Below, piece after piece: positions 13,811 through 28,100 of a stretch of 64,000 nucleotides of DNA (positions are counted from its first letter, which is position 1; each line of letters starts with the position of its first letter). Below the pieces are notes generated by a model. That model worked only from the letters and a program-made list of their open reading frames with translations. It was not told where the DNA came from and searched no databases. This DNA is from Nageia nagi (lineage: Eukaryota > Plantae > Pinophyta): NCBI GenBank assembly GCA_050084985.1, contig JBITNC010000002.1, forward strand, positions 15,252,001 through 15,316,000. The letters are read 5' to 3'. The translations under genes were made by a program, and so were the position numbers.

Positions 13811-14779
13811 AAAAGTGAACTAACTCTAAGGGTTGATTATTAAAGAGGATTGTTGATTGACCCATCTTTTTATATTTAATGATCACAATTTTAGTTTTAT
13901 CTACATTAACTATTAAACCAAATATATTACAAAATATTTAATTGTTTAATAAGATCATCATGATGTCTAGCTAACAAGATAATATCATTTACATAAAGAC
14001 TTGAAGAATAATAATAAGGTTACGAAGGTTGGTGTATACACATTAGCTTTTTAAAAATATTTTTTTAATTAATATATGTAAATACCAAATAGAGTTAGGG
14101 CTAGAGGGTAACCTTATTTAATTATTATATTGTAACTAATTTCCTTTGAACACCCTTGATTAGTTTTGAGTTTAAAAGATAACTTGGTCATAAAGCTTAT
14201 AAAAATGAATCTAAGTTCAAAAGGTAAATGTAAATTAGCCATACACTTTAAAATTTTATCCCTTGAAAGAAATCAAATTCTTTTTAAAAATATAAAAAGT
14301 AGGCAAATAAATTTGTTTATCATTTTAATAATCTTCAACAATAATTTGAAAAAGTGAAGATGTGATCAATTGTTGAGTGTTTGCTTCTAAAATCAACTAA
14401 CTCTTAAATTGTTATCATTAAGCCAATTGCTAATTTTATTTTTTGTAATAGTACCATAGAGTTTGGCAAGTAAAAGACTTATCATAATAGTTCTATAATT
14501 TGTTGGATTTCTTTTGTCTCCAATTTTGCAAATAGGAACAATTGAACTAATAGTCCAATGCTTAAAAAAACCTTCTTTAAAAGATGTATTGAAAAGAGTT
14601 TACATATGATAAGGAATTATATCTATTAGATCCATTTTCAAAATTTTTGCTTTATACCTTTTAACTCCACCATTAATATCATCTATTGAGAAAATATGAT
14701 TGTCATTACTTATCACATGGGTATCACTTATTTATCATTGAGGGTAGTGAAGAGATAACAAAATCCACTATCAAGAAAG

Positions 14780-15288
14780 TTTTGGAATGTATAATGCATT
14801 ATTGTAAAGGATTTGTAATATTCTTTTTTGTAAATTCACTGCTACTTAATTGTATCACTAAATACCTTAAGTATTTATGTGAATATGATAATGTAACTTG
14901 TTCTACACTCCATCTCATGAGCATGCCCCTTCAGTAAAAGGGTTGTAGCATGTGATGCCTTTGTACAAAGGTTAAAAAGGTGATCCAAAGGAGGATTTTG
15001 GCCTATGAATAGAATACCCCCTCTTTATGATCACACACCAATTTGTGAAGCAAAGTTATGCTCTAATACCAAATGAAGGAATTGAATTATAAAGAATACA
15101 ATCCTAAACTACCAAGATCACATGGAAGCTCACTCTAATATCAAAAACTCAAGCATAGAATAATCTCACAAAGTGACTCAAGATATAATATGGTTTTTTC
15201 AACTAGGAGTACATCCACTAACAAGATCTTACTTCATTCACAAAGATAACTCTCTTACAATCATCCTAACTTCATCTTCTAATCACTA
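14780..15288 (+). repeat. 5' LTR of the Copia, with the distal half and PBS inverted (15066-15288)
   Basis: 14780-15065 matches 18993-19277 directly. 15074-15288 is the reverse complement of about 19281-19495. gctctaataccaaa (15060-15073) is the reversed PBS TTTGGTATTAGAGC. Confidence 0.9.
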
Positions 15289-18200
15289 ACAAAGGTAATG
15301 GAAATGTAAAGAACTTAAAAGGGAAGAAAAATATAAAATTTAAACTTGTTGCTAGCTCTACTCCATGAATCGCTCTTTCTTATTTGATTGAATTGTTGAC
15401 TCTGGTTGCATTAATCACCTATGCTTTGAAAATGATAAGTTTAAAAATTCTCATAAGTATAGAAAAGATGCAGCTATGATAGGTGATAATTCAATCTTTG
15501 AAGTACAAGGAATTAGGAGTGTGTTAATTCATGGAAAGGTTCTTGAAAATGTGCTTTATGTTCTTAAGCTCAAAATGAACCTTCTCTCTATGATTCAAGT
15601 TGTAAGAAAAGGATACTCATTTGAGTTCGACTCACACTCCTGATGTATTAAGAAGGGAATTTTCACATTGGTTAAAGGATCAATGAAAGATATCCTTTAC
15701 ATTGTGGATCAAGTTTCAACAAAGATGTGTTTTACTACAAATGTATGTTCTAGAGGCAATCTTTGGCACCAATGACTAGGGAACCTTAACCATAAAAGTA
15801 TTCAAGTCATGAAAGAATAAGAACTTGTGAAAGGTTTGCCTTCAATTTCATCTTCAATTAGTTTGTGTGAGAAGTGCATCCTAGAAAAAATGAATAGATA
15901 AAGGTTTGAAAAAGTTAAGGTAATAAGGGCATCTCAACCTCTTCAACTTATGCATTCAGATTTGATGGGTCCATTTTAGACTAAATCACTTAGAGGAGTA
16001 TCTTATATCTTTACCTTCATCAATGAATTTAGTAGAATGAACTTTGGCTATCTACTTGAGCATAAGGATCAAATCTTTGAGAGCTTTTAAAATTTCAAGG
16101 CCTTATTTGAAAATCAGACTAACCTTAAAATCAAGATGTTGAGATCAGATAATGGGGGATAATATAACAATAATTAGTTTAATATTTTTTATGCTAAGTA
16201 TGGAATCAAGAGGTAATTTATAATTCCTTGCACTCCTTAGCAAAATGGTGTTTTTGAAAGGAAAAAGAGGATACCTATGGAGATGGCTAGGTGCATGTTG
16301 GGTAATCTTCCTATTTTATTATGGAGTGAAGCTGTGAGCATTGCTATTTACACCTTGAACAAGTGTACAATAAAAGCTTTCCAAGGTAAATCTCTTTTTG
16401 AAGCATGGTCAAAAGTAAAACCTAACATTTCTCACCTTAGTGTGTTTGGTTATGAAGCATTCTCCTACATTATTTCTGAGAAAAGTAAAAAGTTAGACAA
16501 AAGAGTTACATTTTTTTATCTTTTTAGGTTATGATAGTCAGCATAGAGGCTACATGCTCTACTCTCCATCCTACAAAATAATGTTCGTATCAAAGGATGT
16601 AAAGTTCAATGAAATTTCTAAAAAATTTACTTCTAATGAGGATGTTGATGATATAGATGACTCTTTAGTTGCATCTAATTAGTTGGATATTGATGTAGAT
16701 AAGTCACCTTAGGCATAAAATTCTCCAACATAAAGGATAACTAGGAGCATGAATTTGAACAAATCCTTATTTACCAAAATTGATAACAAGAATGAGCCCT
16801 CATCATTCAAAAAAGATTCAAAGCACGAGTGTTGGATGTAAGCCATGAAAGTGAAATATGAAGCGCTTATAAAAAATGAAACTTGGGACTTAGTCCCTTA
16901 TCCTGATGAGAAGAATGTAATTGACAATAAATGGATCTACAAGGTCAAATTCAATTCAATTGGAGATATTGAAAAATACAAGGCAAGGTTAGTAGCCAAA
17001 GTTTTTGCTTAAAAATATGGAGTGGATTATGAGAAAACCTTTGCTCTCGTAGCAAAGATGCCTACAGTTAGAATAATCCTTGCTCTTTTAGTAGCTTAGG
17101 GATGAAAATTTTTCAACTTGATGTCAAGAGTGCATTTTTTGATGGTGACTTAGATGTGAAAATATACATGAATTAACCAAAAGGGTTTATTATAGAAAGA
17201 AAAGAGTCATTTGTGTGTAAGCTAAAGAACTCATTATATGGACTTAAGCAAGCACCTAGAGCCTGGTATAAAAATATTTTAGGATAGTTTACAGATATTG
17301 GATTCTCTAAGTGCTTCTTTTACTCTAATCTACATGTGCTCAATCAAGGAAAATATATGGTCTTGATTCTCCTTTATGTGGATGATCTTATGCTAATTGG
17401 GAATAATGATGAAATCATTTAAGAGTGCATATCCAAACTTAAGAAAATATTTAAAATGACTGATCTTGGTCTCTTGCATTACTACTTTGGAATGCAAATA
17501 TACCAATACAAGGATAGTACTTATCTTAGTCAATCCAACTATATATTATACATCTTACAAAAATTTGGAATGGAGAAGTGTAGACATGTTGCGATCCTAG
17601 TCTCTCTTGGAATCACTATTTTCCTTAGCTCCAACTCTCAATTAGCAAATGCTATATCTTATAGGTAATTAATTGATAGGCTTCTTTATTTGATTATTTT
17701 CAGCTAGATATTACCTTGGTAGTGAATCTAATGGCATGATTCATGTAGAAACCATATGTTGAGAACCTCAATGTTATTAAGTAAATCTTAAGGTATGTTG
17801 TAGGAATGAAGGATCTTGCTCTCAAGTATCCTAATTGACCCTCATTTGTTCTTTCAAGGTTCTCTTATTTTGACTATGGAGGAGATAGAGATGATAGGAA
17901 TTCAATCTTTATGTATATTTTTAGCATTGGTTCAAATGCTATCTCTTGGGCCTCCAAGAAGTAGCCTACTATTTCTCTTTCCATTACAGAATCTGAATAC
18001 CGAGCCATGTCTATTGTAGCTTAGGAAGCTAGTAAGCTGGTCCATATATGATTTCTTCAGATAATCAATCAATTATATCTTTAGCTAAGAATCCTGTGTT
18101 CCATCAAAGAATAAAACATATGGAAATCCAAGCCCATTTCATTAGGAAAAAGGTTTTTGATGATCATACACTTGGAGTATTTTCCATCAACTTTAAACTT

Positions 18201-18992
18201 CACTTATTTATTCACCAAGCCCCTCCCTGAAGCTCAGTTCAGTAAGCTGAGGGATGTTATCGGGTTGGTGAAGTTACCCTCAAAGGAAAGTGAAGTATGA
18301 ATTCTTATGTTGAATTCATGTTTGTGATGACAACTTCACCCCTAGGAGGATTTTATGTTGTATAGCGTTGATTTTGTTGTACACCTTCATGGTAAGTTTT
18401 CTCTATGTGAAAAACTTCTTGTACAATTTTTTTTTGAGAAAATGATTGGTCATCCTAGCATTATTCAATTATCCATGTGTGAGGAACTCGTATGTGCATT
18501 TTGTTATGCTCTATTTTGTAATGATAATCAACACATATTTTGTATATAGTAGGTGACTATAAGTATTGATATGACATCTTCATGATGATTTATAAAGCAC
18601 CATTGATTAGTTTATGATAGCATCATTTGATTCATCTATCTTTGTTGATATGAATATGTTGCATCTAATTGATCTTGTTGTTTAAGCTGCTTATAACTCA
18701 TGGGTTTCTTTGAGATTGTAGATTACTTCAGATGTGCAGGCTCATAGAGACTCATCATATCAACTTTTAATTGGATGACTACTTTATGTGCATTGAAACC
18801 AGTTATGGTTAATGATTGTATTGTAAACCATTTGTTAGAATGGTAAATTAGTGAGTCTCAAACTAAGATATTTCTTACTTCACAAAGATGTAAAAGTTCT
18901 CATCTTTGGTTGTATCTATATGGAGAAGAACTCTCTTACTCTCTCTTTCTTCTTTCTTCTTCACTCTATCCCAATATTGCATTAAGAAGGAG

Positions 18993-19495
18993 TGTTAGAA
19001 TGTATAATGCATTATTGTAAAGGTTTTTTAATATTTCTCTTTATAAATTCACTAATACTTAATTGTATCATTAGATACCTTAAGTATTTAACTTAATATA
19101 ATAATGTAACTTATGCTACACTCCATCTCATGAGCATGCCTCTTGGGTAAAAAGGTGTAGCATGTCATTCCTTTGTACAATGGTTAAAAGGGTGATCCAA
19201 AGGAGGATTTTAGCTTATAAATAGAAGGCCCCCTCTTTGTGATCACACACCAATTTGTGAAGCAAAGTTATGCTCTAGGATAGTGATTAGAAGATGAAGT
19301 TAGGAGGATTGTAAGAGAGTTATCTTTGTGAATGAAGTAAGCACTTGTTAGTGGATGTACTCTTAGTTGGAGAAACCACTTTATATCTTGAGTCACTTTG
19401 TGAAATTGTTCTATGCTTGAGTTTTTGATATTAAAGTGAGTTTCCATGTGATCTTGGTAGTTTAGGATTGTATTCTTTATAGTTCAATCCCTTCA
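18993..19495 (+). repeat. 3' LTR of the Copia (503 bp, TG...CA)
   Basis: Starts tgttagaatg after the PPT and ends cccttca; TATA-like ttataaatag near 19215. Confidence 0.92.
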
Positions 19496-20852
19496 GGAAG
19501 GCTTCTAAAATATCTTTACATGACCTTTGTTTAAAATTTGTTAATATGAATTTTATGAATTTAAATTGTTTGTTACAAAATTAAAGTCATAAAAATTGAA
19601 AATTAATATTACTATTCACAAGTGACCAAATAAATAGTTAATGAGACTCTAAAGAAATACACATAAGAAGAGCATGGCAGTGCTTAAAATGACTCTAATG
19701 TGTAAAAGTGAGAAGTAGATAAAGAAAAAAATTAGCAGGGGGTCTTCAAAGTGTCCAATACAATAAGTCTAATTTAAGTAGAAAGTATTCATATGAATCA
19801 AAGGGCTCCTCCATCACTCAATGTCAGATGGAAGCTCATAATATTGCAACTAGAAAAATAAATTTACATAAGATTGATATCAAATGAAAAACTTAATTGA
19901 TCATAAATGAAAGTTTTAGAAATATAGATATGAAATGATAAATCTACAACTGCAAATCCTCCCATTTAAAAATCATACAATCTAAACATCTTAAATATAT
20001 GTATTATTTCAAATTTACTTATGCATCATTTATTTTACATGTGCATATTTAACACAACATTTCTTATTATATATATCCAATACATTGATTTTATATTTTT
20101 TTATAAAAACTTTACATATGAAATAAGAATAATCTTCCTTCTCAAATAATTAATACATTTAAAAAAATTATATTATACTTTTTTAAAATGTTCATAAATT
20201 ACATTAATTAAAAAAATATATAAACAAAAAAGTGGGTGGAAATTACTTACACTTAAATAATAAACACACTCACGCAAATGAGAGAAATAAATCATCTTCA
20301 TATCAAACTCTATAAGTAAAAATTGCATGTTTCAAAATGGAAATCACATGAAAACAATAAAGTACATAATAGATTCCTCTTTTACTAAAAAAAAAATAAT
20401 AATAAAAGTAAAATAAAGGCAATGATAAGATTATTTAAATGCTATAAGAAACTAATATTTTCTTCTATAGATATACAATCCTTATTTAAATGTTGTGAGG
20501 AAATAATTTTTTCTTGTGACAAACACACAATCTTTATTCTAATGCTACATAGTAGGTTGCAAAATGGTTATTCCTTTAATATTCAATTAAATCCTTCGAT
20601 TGGTGTACTTTCATAATCCTTGTATTTATTTATGAGCATATAAACAAATAAACAATAGTTTCAACTGTTCTAAATCTTAGATAATGATCACTCAAAAGAT
20701 ATACCAAACATCAACAAACTGAAGAGCCATTCTTTTCTGTATTGTGCAACCCATACCTAATTTCGAAGAAGCATTCTAATGTAATCTTTGATTAACTTGA
20801 AAATGCTTATTATTATCTACAAACGTTATACCATATGAATGACACTTAAAGC

Positions 20853-21307
20853 TTACTGTGATTTCACAACAGCTATGATAGAAGGATTGGACATATACAC
20901 ATTTATTTGAGTTCTCTTTTGTCGTGAAATATTTCCTGCTCTCATGATTTCTTTGAATTTTAGCTTTGCAAGTGCGTACAGATAGATGGAAGTGCAGCAG
21001 ATGCTGAGAAGCTTACCCAACGTCACAAGACAAAGCATGACGACAGCAAAAATGGAAACCCATATAGCCACGTCATCATAGCCTGGGCACTCCAGACCCA
21101 CTCTTCTACTTCCATTGTCATTCATTGCCTCCGACGTGGACAACACGTGGATCTCACAGGTCTCGATATTAGGCTTTGGCATTGCCCCGTCAGCACCGTG
21201 TCGGTGGGCAGCTATCTTCCTTTTAATCTCATTGGATTTTTTCTTCTTCCTTTCATCTTTCACGCTACTGCTGAAGCATTTCAGACTTAATTTGCTCAGT
21301 TTTTCAT
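20853..21307 (-). pseudogene. Paralog of the 5654-6262 gene, frameshifted and internally deleted
   Basis: The ATG at 21307 is followed by a ~4-nt insertion that shifts the frame (MKTEQIKSEMLQQ*). The homologous frame reads SKLSLKCFSSSVKDE...GADGAMPKP...DDVAIWVSI...LLSICCTSI. About 60 codons of the middle are missing and the splice donor is lost. Confidence 0.75.
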
Positions 21308-24300
21308 GGCGCGAGATGATTGTTACTCAGTTTTCACAGATTTTTATTCATATGGGGTCGTATTCAACATCGTGGACACGGGATTTGCTATGAGAATTGT
21401 AGTTCTGTAATCGAGCTGGCTGGACGAACTCGACGAGGGAAATGGTATTGATTGTTTGTCGGGTGTGATAAATATTACTTCCTAATGATCATTAAGCACA
21501 AGAGTATATAAACAATTTAGTATTTTATATAGAAATATGTTATCAAATCTTTTCAATATGACAGCATTTGAGCACTATTATCAATTGCTATTAGTATTTT
21601 ATTAGTATTGAGTTGCTTGTCCTCTTAATATTGATAAAGACAAGAAATCCTCATATTGATAAAGACAAGGTATGTAAATACAGAGATAAATGTATAAAGA
21701 AAATAGTATGATTGAAAGTTTTTTTTTTATTTTTAATTTGGAGTTTTCTAGATTTTGTTTTACTTCAGTTTTGAAATAAGAAAATTAGATATTTAAGTTA
21801 ATTGAATTAGAGTAATGATAATTATATTAAAGTTCATAGGTGATTGATAAAGTCAAAGCGATTAGAGGTACAATTGAAGAAATAGAAATGTGTTATCAAA
21901 TATTGATGGCATGTGAGTATTATTGTTAATTGTTATTAGTATTTTATTAGTATTGAGTTTCTTGTCATGATAATATTGATAAAGACAAAAGGATAAAGAT
22001 AAGGTATGTAAATACAAAGACAAGTATATAAAGAAAATAATATATTTGAAGTTGTAAATTTTTTTAATTTAGAGTTTTCTAGATTTTATTTTACTGTATT
22101 TTTGAAATATGAAATTTAGAAATTAAAGTTGATTGAATTACCAGTTTGTTTTTAAAGATTTATTTTGATAAGTGTAGATTACTCTGTTTTCGTGGATTAC
22201 CCATTTTTAATAAAGGATAATGATAATTATATTAATGTGCATATGTGATCAATAAGGACAAAGGGATTAGGAGGTACAACTAGAGAAATAAAAAAGAACT
22301 AGAGAAAATTTCTTTAGAGAAAAGAGCTAACTGTAACAAATGAAAAATAAATAAATGAAAAAGCATAAGTATGGGGAGATGTGAAAATCACCAAACCCAA
22401 ACCCTGGAATTGTAATATTGAATTGCTCCTAAAATCTAAGGTTGGAAGATTGCTATTGTTCATGAAAAAGTGATAATAAGAGATTGCATACACCATTTTG
22501 AAAGTAGTGTAAGGAGGAGCCTTGACATTGATAAAAAATAGGTGTATGATGCTTGGTACAAAGATGTCATTGGGGGATCTATGTGGTGGTGCTTTGTGAT
22601 GATCATCAATGGATTAACCTATAATTGTCAAAGTGAGAGCTAGAAGAGTCTCAAGGGTGCTTGATCCTTGAATAAGATAAATGAGTTGAAAGAAGAAAGT
22701 GACAAACTTGGTAATGGTGGGGTCTCTTGTATATATCTATGCCTAAACAAGACAACTTTTTAAATATATAAGACAAAACATTATTGATTTGGATACCCGA
22801 AAGAGGTGGAGAGAAAACTGTTGGATTCTCTGAATAAATAATGGGATCTTCCTTGAATCTTGTAGTATTTAGGGCACCTAAAGATAAAGTAGCCCCCACA
22901 ATCAATTTCATCGATACAAAGTTGATGAGGAAATACTCTCATCTACCCTAGAGGGGTCCTCAAGCCATGTGACCAATAGTACCAAAGGTAGGGCGATAAA
23001 TGGTATCATCAATTATTTAGAGGAGACATTATGCATAAAACTAAATTTTCTTGAATGGTTAAATTTTGAATCCTTTATTAAAAGAATTAAAATAAAAATT
23101 ATAGAAATTTGAATGTATTAACAAAAGTGTTATCTAGTATGATGGTAATGTAGAAAAGCTAGAGATTTTATGACTTAATAATTATGATAAATTTTCATAA
23201 AATATTATAGTAATCTTGAAATACTATTTTGGAGTCTTCATGGTTGCATATAAATATTGTAATATTTTTTAAAATATTATAATAATTTTTGTAGTGTTAA
23301 TATAGTTGGTCATGATTATGATTTATAAATTGGAAGATAAATAAATAAAATGAGCATCAATCATTTGATAAACACCTTAGAGATGTTTATAAGATAATAC
23401 AAAGCAAATAATATGAGTTCTTTGATTGTATGAGTTCATCATTCTTCTTTATATCTTATATTTAAAAATTAGATATCTTTTTGCATGAGAAAGATATTCA
23501 AATTATGAATTTTGAAACTTGAAGAGAATCATCCCATTGATTAATATATTGACATAAATTATTAAAGATAGTACAATTACTTTTAAATGATAAAAGTGGT
23601 CTAGTAGATCAGTTAGATAACTAAAACATAAAAGAGGTACTTATTTAAGTGTTTATAATTTTTGCTCTATTGAAATATAACACTTGTTTATATTTCAACA
23701 AAGTAAAGAGATGATATAGTTCACATTTAGTGAACTTGGAAAAATATAATTATAAATAAAATAAAAAGTTGTGTAAACTAAGTTTGTAGAGGATACTAAA
23801 AGATGCCCTTACGATGACATAGGCTTAAAACCTAACCCAAAACTCTGGTCAAAAGATATATCAAATTTTAATAATGAAGGTATAATATGAAGATGATCAA
23901 GTGTTCAACCAAGTATAGAAACTCGGTTGTAAAACAATTTCAAGGTATAACTTATTGTAATAATTGTATAAAATATTATAATATTCTCAAATGATATTAA
24001 AAGATTTCTCTAGGTGATATATTTTTTTTTAAATAATTATGTCATTATTTGAAAATTATTATTAAATGATATTAAAAAGATGTTCTAATAAAATTTGCTA
24101 TAAAAAAATATTGTATCACTTTTGGAAATTGTTGTAATGATAAATAATTTTGATAGAAAATTATGTACCTTATGTGATAGATCTAAATATTAAAAACATA
24201 ATTGAAAATGAAGTGTTATATTTCAAAATAAATAATATAATAAAATAGAAAAATATAAAGTTCAAGCATGATATATTTTGAGATAAACAATGTTCATTAG

Positions 24301-25119
24301 ATTTAGAAGTCTTACCTTTGAATGATGTTAATCAGTATATTCTGAAACTAAAGTTTTCTATGAGAGCATAAGAACTAAGATAATCTAATTCAAATTTAAT
24401 TTTTTGTGTATTATTTGTGTTCGGATATTTTTTATATATAAATTCTATGTATACAATTTGCAATTCTCTTTGTTGAATTTTTTGGTTATATAATTTGTAA
24501 TCTCTTATGATATATCCTTAAATGTTCAGTACCATGGATTTATTTTTTATCAACCTTTTATAGTTGTTAAAATATCACTTCTTTGATATCTTCATATGTG
24601 ATTTTATCCCTTACAAAATCCTTAATGAAATATTTTTTAATTCTAAAGTCATCATTGCTTCCTCACCATATATAATGTCTAATGAATTACCCTGATTGAA
24701 ATTTTAATTTCTATTATGTAAGCCCATAATATTATGTATAATTAATTATTTTTGATAAAATTATGATCAATATATATATATTTTTAGTTATGCTTGTCTA
24801 TTGTCTTATGGATAGACTAGGGTGTACATTCTTTGTTGAATATAATATTTCTTATAAAAAACATTCATAGTTATTTTCTTAAAACTTGCTCTACTATCTA
24901 AAATAATAGTGGAAGGTAGTACAAATCTTGAGATTATGTAGGTCAAGATAAAGTTAGTAATGAAATTTCAATTAGTTGAAATAATTGGGTCTCCTTCAAC
25001 TCACTTCATTATAAAGTTTTTATAGTTGCAATAATGAACCTGTATCTTTTTGAAGATGTTGGATTGATCATGCATATTAACTTAAGATTTCAAATTGAAA
25101 TCAGCCAAGGAGATGCTAT

Positions 25120-28100
25120 ATTTTCTATAGTGGCAACTTGACCATTCGCCAAGGTCTTCTAAAAATCAAAGAATTATTATTCTTATCTCATGACGAGGTC
25201 ATAAGATAATTAACCAGGTCACCTCCAATTAGCACTACACCTCTTTTTGAATCTCTAGAAATGGAAAAATTGAAAAAGTTAGTGGAAGCTATAAAAAAAA
25301 AGGGGATCCTAACAATTAAGAGCAAAAACATGAGAATATAAAGTATGAAGTACAAGATGGAGAAATAGAAGTAAGCCACACATTATGACTCAAAGATTAA
25401 AACTTGAAAAATCAATATTGGTATTGAATTAGAACTAAAGATGGTGATAATCGACTATTATTGGACAAAAGAATAAGCAAATAAGATTGTTGAAATCCTT
25501 ATCAAGTATTTAAACCTATCCCCAAAGTATATTACAAACTTAAAGGGAATAAAAGACAAGGAAAGAGTCATGCATAGTTGGTTGAAACCAAAGTGCAAGC
25601 TAAGTAAATAGAAGCTATATCACCTTAATCCTAATTTCAGAACTCAACAAGGCATGCAAGCATGACCCTTTTCCTACTCCCTTTATAAAAAAAAATCTAA
25701 AAAATGTTGTTGGTCAAGAAGTATACTCTTTTGATACTGATGGCTTCTTTGACTATCAATAAGTGAAAATTGCCATGAAACATTGCCCAAAACTGAAATT
25801 CACACAAAAATGGGGATCTTGCATGTATAATGTCATGCCATTCGAATTGAAGAATGCTCATGTTATTTTTCCATGCATTATAGTGAATACTTTCAAAGAG
25901 TTTATTCATGACTTCCTCGAAGGTTATCTAATGATTTGACTATTTTTGGTATGTTGAAAAATTATATTCTTGCGTTGAGATTGATATTTAATAGATATAG
26001 ATAATTAATAATTACTTTAAAATTGTGAAAAAAATTATTTGCCATACTATACGGTGTACCTATATCATATCATCTGCAAAGAAGGGTTGATGGTTGATTC
26101 GATGAAAGTGATAATTTTTTTAATATTTCACCATCAAATAAAATTAAGGAGATAAAATAATTTCTAGGATAAATAGGATATTATAAAAAGTTCCTAAAGA
26201 ACCATGTGGCTCTTGCAACCCCAATTGATGACTTGACAAAGAAGAACCACCAGTTCTACTAGTTGTTAGAATGTCAAGCAAACTTTGAACTATCGAATAT
26301 GAAGCTATCCAAAGCTCCAATCTTCATCTTTTAAAACCGAACAAAATAATTCTACATCCAAGTTGATGTTAGTGGCATGGAAATCAATGTCTTACTAGCC
26401 TAACCTAGCGAGTTCGTTAAAACCTTCATCTTCTACAGTGGCAACTTAAACATTCACAAGGGTCTTTTGAAAATATGAGAATTATTATTCTTATTGCATG
26501 ATGAGGCCATAAGATAGTTCACCAGGTCACCTTTGATTAGCACTACACCTCTTCTTGAATCGCTAGAAATGGAGAAATTGAAGAAGTTAGTGGAAGCTAT
26601 GAAAAAAAGGGATCCTGACAATTAGGAGGAAAAACTTGAGAATTTAAAGTATGAAGTGCAAGATGGAGAAATAGAAGTAGACTACACATTATGACTATGA
26701 GATTAAAACTTGAAAAATCAATATTGGTACTAAGAACCTAAGATGGTGATAATTGATTATTATTAGACAAAAGAATAAGTAAATAAGATTGTTGAAATCC
26801 TTATCAAGTATCTAAACCTATTCTCAAAGGATATTACAAACTTAAAGGGAATACAAGACAAGGAAGAAGTCATGCATATTCGGTTGAAATCAAAGTGTAT
26901 GCCAAGGAAATAGAAGCCATATTGCCTTAATACAAATTTCAAAGCTAATGTTGAAGAGGAAATTGACAAAATGCTTGAGGTAGGTATTATTTCACCAATT
27001 GACTACAAATTGAATCAACCCTATGGTGGTCCAACATAGGAAGACTAATTAAGTCAAAAAATTTAAGGACTTCAAAGAACTCAAAAAGGCATGGAAGCAT
27101 GACTCTTTTCCTACTCCCTTTACAAAAAAATCTAAAAAATGTTGTTAGTTAATAAGTATCCTTTTTCACTGATGGCTTCTTTGACTATTACCAAGTGACA
27201 ATTGCCATGGAGCATCACCCAAAATTCCAATTCACAAGAAAATGGGGATCCTACATGTATAATGTCATGCCATTCAAGTTGAATAATGCTCATGTTATTT
27301 TTCCATGCATTATACTGAATGCTTTCAAATAGAACTTATTCACGACTTCCGCGAAGGTTATCTTAATCAATTGACTATTTTTGGTATGTTGAAAAATTAT
27401 ATTCATGCGTTGAGATTGATTTTCAATAAATGTAGACAATTAAAAATTACTTTAAAATTGAGGCCACACCGTATGGCATACCTATGTCATACCATTTGCA
27501 AAGAAAGGTTGATGGTTGATTTGATGAAAGTGGTGATTTTTTTTAATATTTCACCATCAAAGAAAGTTAAGGAGATAAAACAATATATAGGATCAACAAG
27601 ATATTATCAAAAGTTCAAAAACAACTATGTGGCTCTTACAACCCTAATTGATGAGCTAAGAAAGAAGAATCACCAATTCTACTAGTCATTAGAATGTTAA
27701 GAAAATTTTGAACTGTTAAAGATGAAGCTATCCAAAGCTCCAATCTTCATCTTTTTAGACTAAACAAAAAAATTCTACATCCCCATTGATGTAAGTGGCA
27801 TGTCGATCAATGTCAAGAGTTCGTTAAAACCTTCATCTTCTACAGTGGCAACTTGAACATTCACCAGGGTATTCTGAAAATCAAAGAATTATTATTCTTA
27901 TCGCATGATGAGGCCATAAGCCAGGTCACTAGGTAACCTCCAATTAGCACTACACCTCTTCTTGAATCACTAGAAATGGATAAATTGAAAAAGTAAGTGG
28001 AAGCTATGAAAAAAAGGGATCCTAACAATTAGGAGGAAAATTTTGAGAATTTAAAGTATGAAGCAGGAGATGGAGAAAAAGAAGTAAACTACACATGATT

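Larger units (their letters stand above)
14780..19495 (+). mobile_element. Ty1/Copia LTR retrotransposon, degenerate, gag deleted
   Basis: Paired LTRs and a near-TSD gaaag/ggaag. Protease IVDSGC near 15395, integrase (MEMARCML..., 16277-16534), RT (YGLKQAPRAWY, LYVDDL near 17240-17390; MTDLGLLHYYFG), RNase H (SDNQSIISLAKNPVFHQRIKH). PPT attaagaaggag precedes the 3' LTR. Many stops and frameshifts. Confidence 0.93.

Noticed and set aside
11700-14770. Possible further Gypsy pol/LTR remnants (also 22200-25100)
   Set aside because: Probably decayed retroelement DNA, but too degenerate to assign domains or boundaries by eye.
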